Part shown: one piece after another, positions 1 to 12,427 of the stretch
Layout of the letters: every line of letters begins with the position of its first letter
Position numbering within the stretch: the first letter of the stretch is position 1
Assembly: GCF_004010195.1 (NCBI RefSeq)
Contig: NC_057718.1
Span: 27,073,631 to 27,114,902 of the forward strand
DNA length: 41,272 bases
Direction: 5' to 3'
Source of the DNA: Chiloscyllium plagiosum
Taxonomy: Eukaryota
Notes under the pieces: model-generated
The model's database searches: none
What the model was told of the DNA's origin: nothing
Seen by the model: the letters and a program-made list of their open reading frames with translations, nothing else
Program-made: the position numbers and the translations under genes

Positions 1-655
1 TGACCAATAAAGGAAAGCATATCAAACGCCTTCTTCACTATCCTATCTACCTGTGACTCCACTTTCAAGGTGCTGTGAACCTGCACTCCAAGGTCTCTTT
101 GTTCAGCAACACTCCCTAGGACCTTACTATTAAGTGTATAAATCCTGCTAAGATTTGCTTTCCCAAAATGCAGCACCTCTCATTTATCTGAATTAAACTC
201 CATCTCCCACTTCTCAGCCCATTGGCCTATCTGGTCAAGATCCTGGTGAAATCTGAAGTAACCCTCTTCGCTGTCCGCTACGCCTCCAATTTTGGTATCA
301 TCTGCAAACTTACTAACTGTACCTCTTATGCTCGCATCCAAATCATTTATGTAAATGACAAAAAGTAGAGGACCCAGAACTGATCCTTGTGGCACTGCAC
401 TAGTCACAGGCCTCCAGTCTGAATAACAACCCTCCACCACCACCCTCTGTCTTCTACCTTTGAGCCAGTTCTGTATCCAAATGGCTAGTTCTCGCTGTAT
501 TCCATGAGATCTAACCTTGCTAATCAGTCTCCCATGGGGAACCTTGTCGAACACTTTACTGAAGTCCATATATATCACATCGACCGCTCTGCCCTCATCA
601 ATCCTCTTTGTTACTTCCTCAAAAAACTCAATCAAGTTTTTGAGACATGATTTGC
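1..655 (-). mobile_element. CR1/HER1-type LINE, reverse transcriptase fragment (runs off the window start)
   Basis: ORF 180-635 has [29 protein letters not shown] and KFADDTK RT motifs. Confidence 0.95.
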
Positions 656-667
656 AACTTTGAGGGA

Positions 668-866
668 TCTGTGGAGTGCACTGCCAGCAGTGGCTGTAGA
701 GTCAGATACATTTGGGACATTTAAGTGACTCTTGGATAGGCACATGGATTATAGTAAAATCAGGGGTATGAGGGTTAAGTTGATCTTAAAATAGGATAAT
801 AGGTCACCACAACATTGAGGGCCGGAGGGCCTGTATTATGCTGTACTGTTTTATATTCTGTGTTCT
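668..866 (+). mobile_element. CR1-type LINE 3' end fragment
   Basis: Remnant of the terminal ORF2 peptide, then gagggccggagggcctgta...ctgtactgtt...ctgtgttct tail resembling the other CR1 tails in the window. Confidence 0.75.
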
Positions 867-2718
867 CAAGTGACAGCATCGTCACACATACAACAGAAAG
901 TATTAAATCTTCAGATAATTTATCCGTTTTCCCCTTCAACCATGCTCTTTTTGGACACTTCAATGTTGTCCAGGTCTTTCTGCGTTTAGACATGAGTTGC
1001 TTCAGTACCTGGAGAGCTGTGAATCATGTCAAACGTTATGCACCATTTGTGAACATTCCCCATTCCGCCCTTATGATGGAGGGAAGATCATCTCAGAGGC
1101 AAGTTGGGGCAAGTTGGGGCAAGAGCGCTATCCAAGGACCTCCCTCAGAACCAGGAGACCCAGTTTTGAATCCCACAAGTTATCAAGTTGTGTAGTAACA
1201 TCTCTGAATAGGTCAATCAGAAAATGTTCACCGTAGGACCTCCTGCAGTGTTGTTGTGGTGTTGAAATGACTAGCAGCAAGTTTCTTATTTATCTGACTT
1301 CCCCGTTCATTTGAACTTTATTTGATGCTGTGAAGCATGTAAAATATTATTGACAAACTCATGCATTTGCATATCCAATAAAGCACCATTACCATAAATA
1401 TGAGCAGTTACTTACCTACAAGTATACATTTAACTTAGCACAAAAAAGGCAGTGGAAAATATTGAAAATGTAAATCTGTAGTATTTAAATCAGTATTTTC
1501 ATTTTTCATAAACTAAATCCGAAATTAGTATGTTACTACATCTCTGTTTTCAACCTGCAATTCGGCATAATTAGCCTCTTAGAGTACACTGGTTTCACTT
1601 TTATGAGTTGGAAATATTTAAAATCGCTGTCATTTCTGCCCTTCCCAGTTATTGCTTTCTCTTGATGAGAAAATGGTAAATTTTTCAATCTGATGACAGT
1701 AAAGTTGTGAGAATGTGTCAGGCTAAATTTCATGGAGGCCTGGGAATTTGCAAAGTATTACTAGAATTGTACCAATGCAATAAATATGAACGTGTACTGA
1801 CTTGGCCAGCAAATCTTGCAAGTGGTGTTACTAATAGCAAGTGTTCCTGGGTGCAAGTGACATGCAACTTTAAAAGGGCGGTATAACATTTCATGTCATT
1901 GGGCAGTTAACATTTCCTTATATAGGTCTTGTTAATGTCTATTTGTACAGAATGCTAAAATCCTCCAATACTCATTAATCTCCAGTCACAATAGTGGATA
2001 ATTGTTCAGAATGCATGGAGGAGGGGTAGTTCAAGTATGAGTATAAAAAGATTATTGTGTGCTTGCATGTACTAAAGGTCAGTCATCTCATTTGTTCCTT
2101 TCTGATTTAACAGCAAAGTGATGGAAGAAAAAGTAAGATTTGTTTTATTTTGAAATGTAAACTTCATAATGTTTAATATGCTCATTTTCTGGACTTTAGA
2201 TTAGATTAGTTTTAGATTACTTGACTTGAAAGCAATTTTTATGATACTTGGTTTTGGATAAGTAACTAAAAGAATGCTGAATCAAGATAACTGTATTTTT
2301 TCCCTATGAATTGAATGTATATGATTTTTCTTTTGTTCATAAGATAATCATCCAGTAATTCTACTCCTTTTGCTATTCACGTATTGGGCACCAACTTGAA
2401 ACTGAGAAGATAGATGAAATACTCCTAAATTGTGAAAACTCATACATATATGCAAAAAGTTAGCAATGACTGTCTACTTAGCTATTGGGGATATTTGCTT
2501 AATAGGGAGTTTCCATGAAGTTTTCAAGTGTATGATTACGAGTTATGTTGAGTGGTTGTGAATTGCAAATTAAATAGGCTTGGGTCAGCGAACAGAAGGT
2601 GTTATTGTCCATTTAAAGGTTACAGCCACCCAAAATTCCAGTGAAGCAAGTTTTCAGCAACAGTGACAATCTCTGTTCTCAAAACATTAATAGCAGTTAC
2701 ATTTTTTTTTGTTCTCAG

Positions 2719-2877
2719 CTTGCATTGGGTCTCCGACGCCTTTGCAGACGCCACCTCAGACTCTTCCCGAACGGAATGAATTGATTGTTGGTGTCCCTGT
2801 TCATCAACCTGCAGCTTCCTTGAGTACCGGTACCTCAAACTTAGCTAGAGGAGCATCGATATCCAACACATGTCAAG
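2719..2877 (+). CDS. TP53BP2: Probable TP53BP2 internal coding exon, 159 nt, phase 1-1, poorly conserved low-complexity linker
   Basis: Strong polypyrimidine acceptor tttttttttgttctcAG (ends 2718), donor CAAG|gtaata, stop-free frame ACIGSPTPLQTPPQ...ASISNTCQ. Its phase-1 end joins the next exon to give ...CQ-V-GDGDV, matching human ...DQ-V-DDGEV as recalled. Protein similarity within the exon is weak. Confidence 0.7.
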
Positions 2878-2981
2878 GTAATATCTGTGTCCGTGTATTA
2901 TTTTTGCATTTGAACTTTGTGGTACACCATGAATGGCATGTATTGTTATGATTGGATTTTTTTTCATTCATTTTTGAGCAA

Positions 2982-3128
2982 CAAACAAAACAGAAAATGC
3001 TGGAAGAGTCATATTGGGCTTGAAATACTAACACTGTTCCTGTATCCACAGATGAGTTCAGACCGGCTGAGGTTTTCCAGCATTGACAACTTTAATTTCA
3101 GATATCCAACATCTACAGTATTTTATTT
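2982..3128 (+). mobile_element. Decayed short Penelope-derived repeat (family C) with degenerate hammerhead remnant
   Basis: gaagagtcatattgggcttgaaatactaac...ccacagatg...ttttccagcatt resembles copies at 19.6, 20.3 and 34.7 kb. Confidence 0.55.
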
Positions 3129-3499
3129 ATTTTGTGTAAAATGAAATTTCTTTCATGCATGTTTGTTCACTTTTAATGCAAAATTGAAATTACAATTGCA
3201 ATCAAATAGTTTTAAGACGACTGGATGGGGAAGCAAATTAATTTTTTTCAAAAAAAATCTCTTTCCAATTAAGGAAATGAATGGGTAACTGACTTTTAGC
3301 CTTTCCTGATGCCACCTTTTGCACAGATACTTCGATACTCTATATGATTAAATAACCGGGTGACTTTTTTCCTGTCTCCCCATTTGATAAGTGAGTCAGA
3401 TTGGGAATTTGGTGCGACCTAACTTCTTTCCCAAAGTATTAGTTTTCAGAATGAGACTGAAAAAGTACAGATTTGAAATGTCACAGATGAGGTGCAAAT

Positions 3500-4510
3500 G
3501 GCCTGGAAAGCTGCTACTGTTATCCCATTATTCTAAATAGGAGGAAAGGGTAGGTGAGGATCCAAAATTGAATGAGTGGCAGGAAGTAATGTGCAATGGT
3601 AGAGAGATGTTTCTGAAATTGAAAATCTGTTTCTGGTGAGGTTTCAAAGATCCCGGTACTGGGGCTCTTACTGCTTGCGTAATTATTAATACTTTGGACT
3701 GAAATACAGGGGGCGTGATCAAGAAAATTGAAAATGACATGAAAATTAGTAAGGTGGTAAATAATGGGAATAACCAACTAGTCACGTGGACGGAACAGTG
3801 GCAATTGGATTTCAGCCTGGAAAAGTGTAAGGAAGTGCAGTTGGAGATTGCTAGCACAAGGGATTACATTATGAATGCTAAGACCCTGAAAATACTGAGA
3901 TCTGAGGGACCTCTGTATGCATTTCCACAAATCAGTGAAGGTAGCAGGTCAGGTAGATGAGATTAAGACGACATAGGGGAATCATGCCTTTATTAGCTGT
4001 GCCATAGAGCAGGGAGGTTATGTTGAAACTGTATAAATTGGTTAAGTTACAACTGGAGGACTGCAAACAATTCTGGTCTCTACACTGTAAGAAGGATGTG
4101 ATTATACTAAAGACAGTGCAGAGGAGATGTATTAGGGTGCTACTGGGCTGGAGGCTCTTAGCCAAAAAGGAAGATTGAGTAGGCTGGAGCTGTTTATCTT
4201 GGAGCAGTGAAGGTTGAGAGGGGGTCTAAAGTGTCTGAATTATGTGGCATAGAAGGGATGGATAGGATGACACTTCCATTAATAGAGAGACTGATAGCCA
4301 GATTTAAGGTAAGGGCGATAAAGCTAAGAGGAAAGTTGAGAATTTTGCTCATCCAGAGATTTTAAATATTCATCCCCTTGATGAGCAAGGGGATATAAGG
4401 GGTTATTGATGGGGGGGTGGGACTGTGGAGTAATCCAGGAAGCCAATATCTTATTAAATGGTGATGCAGGCACAAGTGACTGAATTGCCTGCTCTTATTC
4501 CTAACTTGTA
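3500..4510 (+). mobile_element. Old decayed CR1-type LINE 3' portion
   Basis: Remnants WIQN..., NDMKI (decayed ADDTKI), WTEQWQLDFSLEKCKEV, and tail ggcacaagtgactgaattgcctgctcttattcc. Confidence 0.75.
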
Positions 4511-5070
4511 TTTTTATTAGAAAATCTGGTAGCAGATTCCGGTACTGCTCGACTGGCATCAGGTTTTTTTAATGTTTGCACCACATGTTTTACAGAATCT
4601 GGCTCTACACACACTTCCTGTAAGTGGCCCAAGTGTTCCTCATGGTCTGACATTCATCTTTGTCCATTCTCAATCTAAATAAGTAGACTTCTAGCAATCA
4701 TAGCAGAACCCCTTCTCTATATACCAGCTACTAGAATGGCAGCATGTGAAATGATTGTCTGATCCAGAAGAAGACTGATATAACTTGTACCTGACCAAGT
4801 ATCAAACTTTGAATCAACAAATAATGTCAGATAAATATAAGTAGTTGAATAAACAATAAATAACATACAATGTTGACTCTTGGAACATAATAAAGAATAT
4901 TATCAATATAGACTTTAATGAGTAGTTTATTTAGGAATGGCTGATCCAAGAGGTCTACAGCCGACCAATGAACATATCCCGTACTCAAAGGTATCGCCAA
5001 TCAAAGCTCTCAATCAAATTCACTACCTAAACTGCACCTGGTTATTTGATCTATGCCATTGTTACCCAAG

Positions 5071-5194
5071 TTAAAAATCACACAACACCAGGTTTTAGTC
5101 CAACAGGTTTATTTGGAAGCATTAGTTTTCGGAGCACTGCTCCTTCATCACGTAGTTTAACTTTGACCATCCCAGTCCGACACCAAATCCTCAT
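5071..5194 (-). mobile_element. Penelope-like pLTR fragment (family B) with hammerhead-like motif and 14-bp flanking duplication
   Basis: Minus strand 5121-5151 reads gTGATGA-A-GGAGC-agt-GCTCC-GAAA-acta. Flanked by cattgttacc(c/t)aag at 5057-5070 and 5195-5208. Confidence 0.75.
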
Positions 5195-5399
5195 CATTGT
5201 TACCTAAGGTCAAGTTGCCTCTGCTAAAATTGTGAGAACTTGTTGGCAATTCAAAGAAAAAGTTTAAAAGTGCATTTCAGATAGAAGTCTTGTTTTTGCC
5301 ATAGCCACTCATTGCATTAATCATTATTAGCTTTTGTTAAATTTTGAAGCACAACCAAAATAAATAGTTGAACCAGATTTTTTAATGTGACTTTAACAG

Positions 5400-5551
5400 T
5401 GGGTGATGGTGATGTTGTGATGAGAGACAAGAATGATAAGCGAGTCCGTTGCTTCTCCATGTTTGAATCCATGGATCCTCCTACAGGAATTCCATCTACT
5501 GGAACATTAAGGAAAAACCAGAGCAGTGAGGACCTTCTGCGGGAAGTTCAG
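5400..5551 (+). CDS. TP53BP2: TP53BP2 coding exon, 152 nt, phase 1-0 (absent from the ORF track)
   Basis: ctttaacAG acceptor, CAG|gtatag donor. Manual translation (V)GDGDVVMRDKNDKRVRCFSMFESMDPPTGIPSTGTLRKNQSSEDLLREVQ matches ASPP2 VRPFSMF...GTLRKNQSSEDILRDAQ. Confidence 0.95.
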
Positions 5552-6204
5552 GTATAGATATGAATGTTGTTAAACCATGTTTAAAAGAATGATGTAATTT
5601 CTAATGTTGACATCATTCTTCCTCAATCACAAAATGTAATACAAATAGCAGATCTTGATGTGAAGCATTTTTAAATCCCTCCCATTTCTCCCCCTTTCCC
5701 AGAAGCCACCAGCTGTTCCCTTTCCTGCTCCAATACTGCCTTCCTTCTCCTAAATTGTCCTTCCACTGCTCCGCTCCAAACTACCACCAGCTTTTCATTT
5801 CATGTCTTGAAGCCTCCTGCCCCTTGAAAATTCTGTTACTAATAGGTTCACTAATGAATCTAGTCAGAGACAGCCTATAATTGGAGGAGTGGCTCCTTAC
5901 TGATCCTGTCAGCCCAGTATGCATGTGATGACTTTTTTTCTGATTAATTGCCCCTGGATTGATTTTGCAAAAGCATTTTGATGGATTTCAAGAATGAATT
6001 GGTCCACCATCCCTAGGTGTTTTGAACACTGACCACTCTACTCCTGGCTGACTTTTTTTACTCCTTCTAAATGAAAGGTGTTTTGATGGGAACATGGCTG
6101 AATCCTACTTGCAACGTCTTTCATTGGAGTTAAGGACAAACAAATAAGAGAGTATAAATGGAAAGAGTTAAATCATTACCAGCAGTTGCAGTCAAAAAAA
6201 ATGG

Positions 6205-7150
6205 GGGCAGTTGTTACTATCTGAAATTGTTGAACTCCTTCTTGAGTCTAAAATGCTGTAAAGTGTGTTATTGACAAATGAAGTGCAGATCCCTCAGGTT
6301 GCATTAAACCTCAGTGAAACATTTTAGAAGACAATGGTATGAGATAGGAGGAAGGTGGAGATTGAAAATACAGATGGTGGAACCTCTGGGTCACTGAACA
6401 GACTGAACAGAGGTACTCTTCAAAACAAGCATGGTGGCTCAGTGGTTAGCACTGCTGCCTCGCAGCGCCAGGGGCCTGGGTTTGATTCCGACCTCAGACA
6501 ACTGTGTGGAGTTTGCACATTCTCCCCGTATTTGCGTGGGTTTCCACCGGGTGCTCCCACAGTCCAAAGATGTGTAGGTCAGGTGAATTGGCCTTGCTAA
6601 ATTAGTGTTAGGTGCATTCGTCAGGGGTATATATAGAGCAGGAGAATGGGTCTGGGTGGGTTACTCTTCGGAGGGTCAGTGTGGACTTGTTGGGCCGAAG
6701 GACCTGTTTACATACTGTAGGGAATCTAATCTAATCCCATTTTTGACAGGATTCCCTGCAGTATACAAGAGCTTTCGCCATTAACTGTAAATACAATTTA
6801 CTAAATGGAAATAAGCAAGTCGATCACTATTTCATCCGGCACAACAATTTTTTTGGATGGTGGAAAGAGAGGGATTAAAAAAGGTGTTGCATCTCTTTGC
6901 ATAAGAAGGTACCTTGGGATCATTGGGGTTAATTGAAGAGTGATACAGAACAGTATGGAGGGAATGGTCCTTTCCGAATGTTGAAATATGAGGGAAACTG
7001 CGTATTTGTTGGTGACATCATCTTGTGTATATGATTGACATTGGAGGTTGGTAAGGTAAAAAGTGAAGTCAAGGGTGCCTGATTGTGGTTCTGAGTGAGC
7101 TAGGTAGGGGTGAGATCAGGAGTTAAAATAAATTGGCCAAGCAAGATGAA
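6205..7150 (-). mobile_element. Highly decayed Penelope-like ORF 3' region (GIY-YIG end), interrupted by a SINE
   Basis: Reverse strand resembles the recalled C-terminal motif LEEQHLIFRLGTLQP.GLN.EFNNFR (6205-6300) and an FRRDHSL-like segment near 6960-6985. Confidence 0.55.
6429..6736 (+). mobile_element. HE1-type V-SINE
   Basis: tRNA-like head (ggtggctcagtggttagc...gggtttgattcc), V domain tgtgtggagtttgcacattctcccc, CR1-like tail ending (ctaat)n. Confidence 0.92.
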
Positions 7151-7172
7151 GGATCCTGTGATTCACAGTGGA

Positions 7173-8277
7173 GAACATAGAACAATACAGTGCAGAACAG
7201 GCCCTTCGGCCCTTGATGTTGCGCCAACCTGTGAACTATTCTCAGCTCGTCCCCCTCCACTACCCCAAAATCATCCATGTGCTTATCTAAGGATTGTTTA
7301 ATGTGGCTGAGTTGACTACATTAGCAGGTAGGGCATTCCACGTCCTTACCACTCTCTGCGTAAAGAACCTGCCTCTGACCTCTGTCCCAAATCTATCACT
7401 CCTCAATTTGTAGTTATGCCCTCTCGTACAAGCTGACGTCATCATCCTAGGAAAAAGACTTGCACTGTCCACACTATCTAATCCTCTGATCATCTTGTAT
7501 GTCTCTATCAAATCCCCCCTTAGCCGCCTCCTTTCCAATGAGAACAGACCCAAGTCTCAGCCTTTCCTCATAAGAGCTTCCCTCCAGACCAGGCAACATC
7601 CTGGTAAATCACTACACCCTTTCCAATGCTTCCACATCCTTACTGTAATGGGGGGACCAGAACTGTACACAATATTCCAAGTGTGGCTGCACCAGCATTT
7701 TGTATCATTGCAGCATGATATTGCGGTTCCAGAAGTCAATCCCTCTACCAATGAAACCTAACACACCGTATGCTTTCTTAACAGCACTATCCACCTGGGT
7801 GGCAACTTTCAGGGATCTATGCACATGGACTCCAAGATCCCTCTGCACATCCACACTACCAAGAATCTTTCCATCGACCCAGTACTCTGCCTTCCTGCTA
7901 TTCTTCCCAAAGTGCATCACCTCACACTTAGCTGCATTGAACTCCATTTGCCACCTCTCAGCCCAATTTTGCAGTTTATCCAAGTCCCCCTGGAAACTGT
8001 AACATTGTTGCAAACTGTCCACTACTCCACCGACTTTAGTGTCATCTGCAAATTTACTAATCCATCCACCTGTGCCTGCGTCTAAGTCATTTATAAAAAT
8101 GGCAAACAGCAGTAGTCCCAAAACAGATCCTTGTGGCACTGGACTCAGACTGAATATTTTCCATCAACCACCACTCGCTACCTTCTTTCAGAAAGCCAGT
8201 TTCTAATCCAAACTGCTAAATCACCCCCAATTCCATGCCTCTGCGTTTTCTCCATCAGCCTACCATGTGGAACCTTG
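7173..8277 (-). mobile_element. CR1-type LINE 3' 1.1 kb (RT C-terminus and tail)
   Basis: ORFs with PQGSVLGLLLF, KFADDTK, LERRRLRGDLIETYK; tail gaacatagaacaatacag at 7173. Confidence 0.95.
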
Positions 8278-9525
8278 TGTGTGTGCAGAAATGTATTTTG
8301 ATAGGAGTAATATGGTGGGACAATATTACAAATCTAAAGGGGGTGAAGGAACAGAGGAATTTGGATGAATATGTGCATAAATTACAAGGGAGAAAAACAG
8401 GTCTATATTGTGGCTAAAAAGGTTTTTTGGAGCATCTTTGATTTTACTAACAGGTGCTAGAACCCTTGCTAATTTTTCATTATTTGTTTTATTTTTGGCT
8501 TGGAGTTATGAGCTATAAATTGTGAGCTAAAGGTGACTTTTGGACTGTGGGTAACAGCTTGTGTTAAAGAGGAAACAAACCGAACAAGCTTTTGTTTATG
8601 CGTGAAGCTAGGCTGTAAGTTGAATGCAGGATTGTTCATGATCATAAGGTTCTATAGAGCTTTGTCACTGGGAAGAGCATTGCATTTTGGGCATTTTCTG
8701 AGGAAAAGGAATCTGGATGTTGATGTTAGTGTTTAGATTTGAAAGCTCCAAGCCTAACCGTCCATGAGCAGCTTTTGGAAGTTCAGAGAATAACAAATTA
8801 AGTTATAAGTATTACTGCCTTGATCTAAGTCACCTCCCAAAGGTGACCTGATTAACATTTCAGAAAATCAACCACGATACCAACATCTGTTCATTGGAAT
8901 AACAATTGTGAAAACTAAAGTAACCTCACCAATTTTGATTTTTTTTTATCCCTTATCTCTGCATGCATTTTTCTGTTTATCTTTTGTGTTAATGAGGCTG
9001 AAAACAAAAGTTTGTGGGTTTAGAGAATAGACCAGATAATACTCTGGTAATAATTGATTTCATGTAAAATTTGACCTCCTATTTTTGGCCACATAACCTG
9101 GAATTTTCCATATATCTTGTAAAAGTCGATCCTAGTTCTTCACAGACAACAAATCACTGTTAATGTGTCAGTGCGCTGGCCGTCACATCCCGCTCCAGCT
9201 TTCCAGTCTGCTGGTTGTTCTGCTCCACTCTCGTTCTTCCAGTCTGTTGACTGATGCATTCTGCTCTGGGTTTTCAGAATTACCATAACACTTTTTTTTT
9301 CATTTGGAGATCAGTTAGGGCTCTGCTAATGATATGGTATGAATTTTGACTAACATGAATTTCAGCCCTTCAAAGGTAGTATCCATGTAATAGTCGACCC
9401 TATAAATTTAACATTAAAAGTAGTCAAAAAAGTTTGACTTACTCAAGTGTACTTTGTTTAATTTCACTCCAAGTTACTTTTTGTAAATAAATTGTGAAGT
9501 CTTTTGTATAACATACAAGTATTAA

Positions 9526-9872
9526 GGGGAGGCAATGGCCTTGTTATATTATCAGTGGAGTATTAATCCAGAGATCCAGATAATGTTCTGTGGACCTGGT
9601 TTTTTAATCCCACCATGGCAAATATGAAATTTAAATTAAATAACAATGTGGAATTAAGAGTCTAGTGACAATCATGAAATGATTGTTAATTGTTACAAAA
9701 CTCATCTGGCTCACAAAGTCCTTTAGGGAAGGAAACTGCCATCCTTCTCTTGTCTGGACGAGAAGTAACTCCAGACTCTCAGCCATGTGATTCACTCTCA
9801 ACTGCCCTCTTAAAATTTGTGATAAATGCTGGCCTAGCCAGCAACACCCTTGGCCTGTGAATGAATTTAAAA
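9526..9872 (+). mobile_element. tRNA-headed SINE of a second family (non-V domain)
   Basis: A/B-box-like head, central catctggctcac...cctttagggaaggaaactgcc block, tail ataaatgctggcctagccagcaac...tgaatgaat shared with LINE ends at 29.1, 33.5 and 39.1 kb. Confidence 0.8.
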
Positions 9873-9907
9873 GAAATAATAGCTGGTGTCTGGAATTGAT
9901 TATTTGC

Positions 9908-10706
9908 ATTGTATTTTCAAGACAGATATGGAGAAACTTGGAGATTTGAATAGAGTCCTGTCATGAAGGAAGGCAGGTTATTCTGGAATTGGTTGTTCAA
10001 AAGTCTAATCAGGAAATATTGGAGTTAATTTTGAGGGTCTTTGAAGGTTTCAGTTTTACCATATTATGAATGCAGATACAGAAAAGCGGATTTGGCCATG
10101 ATATTTGTGTCTGTGTCAGAGGTTGTGTTAAACTTGTCCAGAGCTCAGCTGGTGTGATGTATTCATATCTTGATACTATGCTTTGGGAAAGATGTGAAAG
10201 CATTAGAGAGATCAGAAAAAATTCACTACCATATTCCCAGGGATGAGGAAGTTCAGTTTTTTAAAAATGGATTGAAGAGAAGGATGAGACGATATTTGAT
10301 CATGGCATCATGAGAGACCCAGGCAGACTAAGGAGGAAAAGTGTTCCAATGACAGGAATTATTGAGGACAAGACGGCACAGAATTAAGCAGAATAATACA
10401 ACATAAAAATATTTTTACATATCAAGTAGTTGTGATCTGTAATAAATTGTGTGTGTGATGGACACGGGTTCATTGAAGAGGGAATTGGATGTTCTTTAAA
10501 AGTGAAGATTGCATAAAGGAAAAAAAAGAAATTGTTCTCTTGAAGCGCAGATGCAGTAGGCTAAATAGGGGCCTCATGTGTTGTAATAATTCTGTGATTT
10601 TAAAAAGAATGATCGCTTGAGGAAAATGAAAACATTGTATCAAGGATTGTATTCTCAAAACAGATATGGAGAAACTGGGAGATTTGAATAGAGTCCTGTC
10701 ATGAAG
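9908..10706. repeat. 61-bp direct repeat pair (9908-9968, 10646-10706) bracketing an old CR1-like remnant
   Basis: Manual comparison gives 58/61 identical bases. Confidence 0.9.
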
Positions 10707-11566
10707 CAGGCCAGGAGAAAATGTGAAAGGGAATACATTTACATTGTAATGTTGGTTGCTAGAATAGAGGAGACGTGGACGAAGGGAAGAGTTGCAGCTG
10801 AGAGAATCAGCAGTGCAACTCATCGAGATGGATAAGTAATGAAGCTAAATAAGGTCCCAATCAAGGACCGTCCTCCAACAGTGCTGCAACTTTCCTAGTA
10901 TCACATGCATACCCTGTCCGGCCAGGAATCTAATAACGCTACAAAGGCAGCCTTATCTCTAGGAATTTGAGAGGCCATGGTGATTGAATTAAATTGGCAG
11001 TGTCGAAGAGCTGCAGTGCTCATAGGGTTCCAGGGCAACCATAGGTGATCTGGAAAAGTCAACTGTATGTACGGAAACCTCTCAAAGAAATTTTCATCAT
11101 AGAGTTAATGCTGATAGAGGGAACCTTCATAGGCACTTCCACTTTGAGATTACCTCCTTTGATTCCCTGTTTTCCAGCAGCACTTATTTTCCACATTGGA
11201 CATTGCTGTGACCCTTCAGTTGAGTTGCTCATGTTGCCTGATCTGTCCACTATCCTTAGTTGCACAACTATCATAAAAGATGCCTCATATAGTTCCTATC
11301 AGCATGCACAGGCTCAGGACCAATGCATAATTCTGCTGTCAGACTCCCGATATTCACAAGATTCAGCTCTGAATTTGCCTGAGTCTCTGGTGCTGGACTA
11401 CCACTGTGTCTGAGAGAATTGGGTTTTTGAGTAAGAGTCGGAATTCAGAAAATTTCATGTTGGATCTATGGGTGTTAATTAAGACAAAATGAATCTTTTG
11501 TATGAAGTAACAATTATGTTTAGGTGGCATTAAGTAGGGACCTCCCTGAAGTTTCAAACCTTTACA

Positions 11567-11867
11567 CACGGTGGCACAGTGGTTAGCACTGCTGCCTCAC
11601 AGCACCAGAGACCTGGGTTCAAATCCCGCCTCAGGCGACTGACTGTGTGGAGGTTTGCACATTCTCCCCGTGTCTGCGTGGGTTTCCTCCGGGTGCTCCG
11701 GTTTCCTCCCACAGTCCAAAGATGTGCAGGTCAGGTGAATTGGCCATGCTAAATTGCCCGTAGTGGTAGGTGAAGAGCAAGTGTAGGGGTATGAGTGGGT
11801 GACGGATCGGTGTGGACTTGTTGGGCCGAAGGGCCTGTTTCCACACTGTAGGTAATCTAATCTAATC
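11567..11867 (+). mobile_element. HE1-type V-SINE
   Basis: tRNA head, V domain, gggccgaagggcctgtttccacactgta tail with (taatc)n. Confidence 0.95.
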
Positions 11868-12212
11868 ACTGCATTTTTGTGTTTAGTGAATGAATTCTTC
11901 AAATCTGCAATAGTTTTCTCAGTGAAATGCTCTATTTAATTGAAAATGTATTTCAGAATTGAAAACCTGTTTTTTGAAATCTTATTTGCAATAAATATAT
12001 GAAAATTATGGGACTGAATAATTAGAAAATACATTTGCTCTTGCTCTGATGTAACTGTGGAAGTTTAAAACATTAATCAGTTTGATATTGCAATTTCTCC
12101 CTGGATCAAACTAAGCTATCTTATTTGTTAGTACAGGTATCTTTTTGTTGTTTAGATTGTTTATGCATTTGATCATTAAAGGAGTATCAATAAGAACTTA
12201 GATTTATTTATA

Positions 12213-12427
12213 TAATATCGGTTCTGCTATAACAAGCATTTCTTCAATTTGATTTGGTTATAACCCAATTGAAGAATTTAGACCATTATTTATAAAACAA
12301 AAACTTTCCTTACTTGTATTGGCTGTTAGACAAAGCCAGCCCCATTTGTTTAAATGGTGCTGCTATTACATGATTTTCTTGGATTGCACAGGAACAGAAC
12401 TAATGTGTTATATCAGAACAGATTGCA
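12213..12427. mobile_element. MITE, probably Tc1/mariner (pogo/Tigger-like)
   Basis: Terminal inverted repeats atcggttctgctataac (12217-12233) and gttatatcagaacagat (12407-12423), 15/17 match; about 215 bp, no ORF. Confidence 0.65.

Noticed and set aside
815..1236. 126-aa and 79-aa ORFs
   Set aside because: The longer one starts in a CR1 tail. Neither shows ASPP2 similarity or convincing splice context.
6429..6495. tRNA-like sequences here and at other SINE heads
   Set aside because: They run straight into SINE bodies and lack a complete cloverleaf, so they are not tRNA genes.
9045..9410. Recurring gtaa..gtcgacc-like motifs suggesting a decayed DNA transposon
   Set aside because: Ends and TSD could not be defined.
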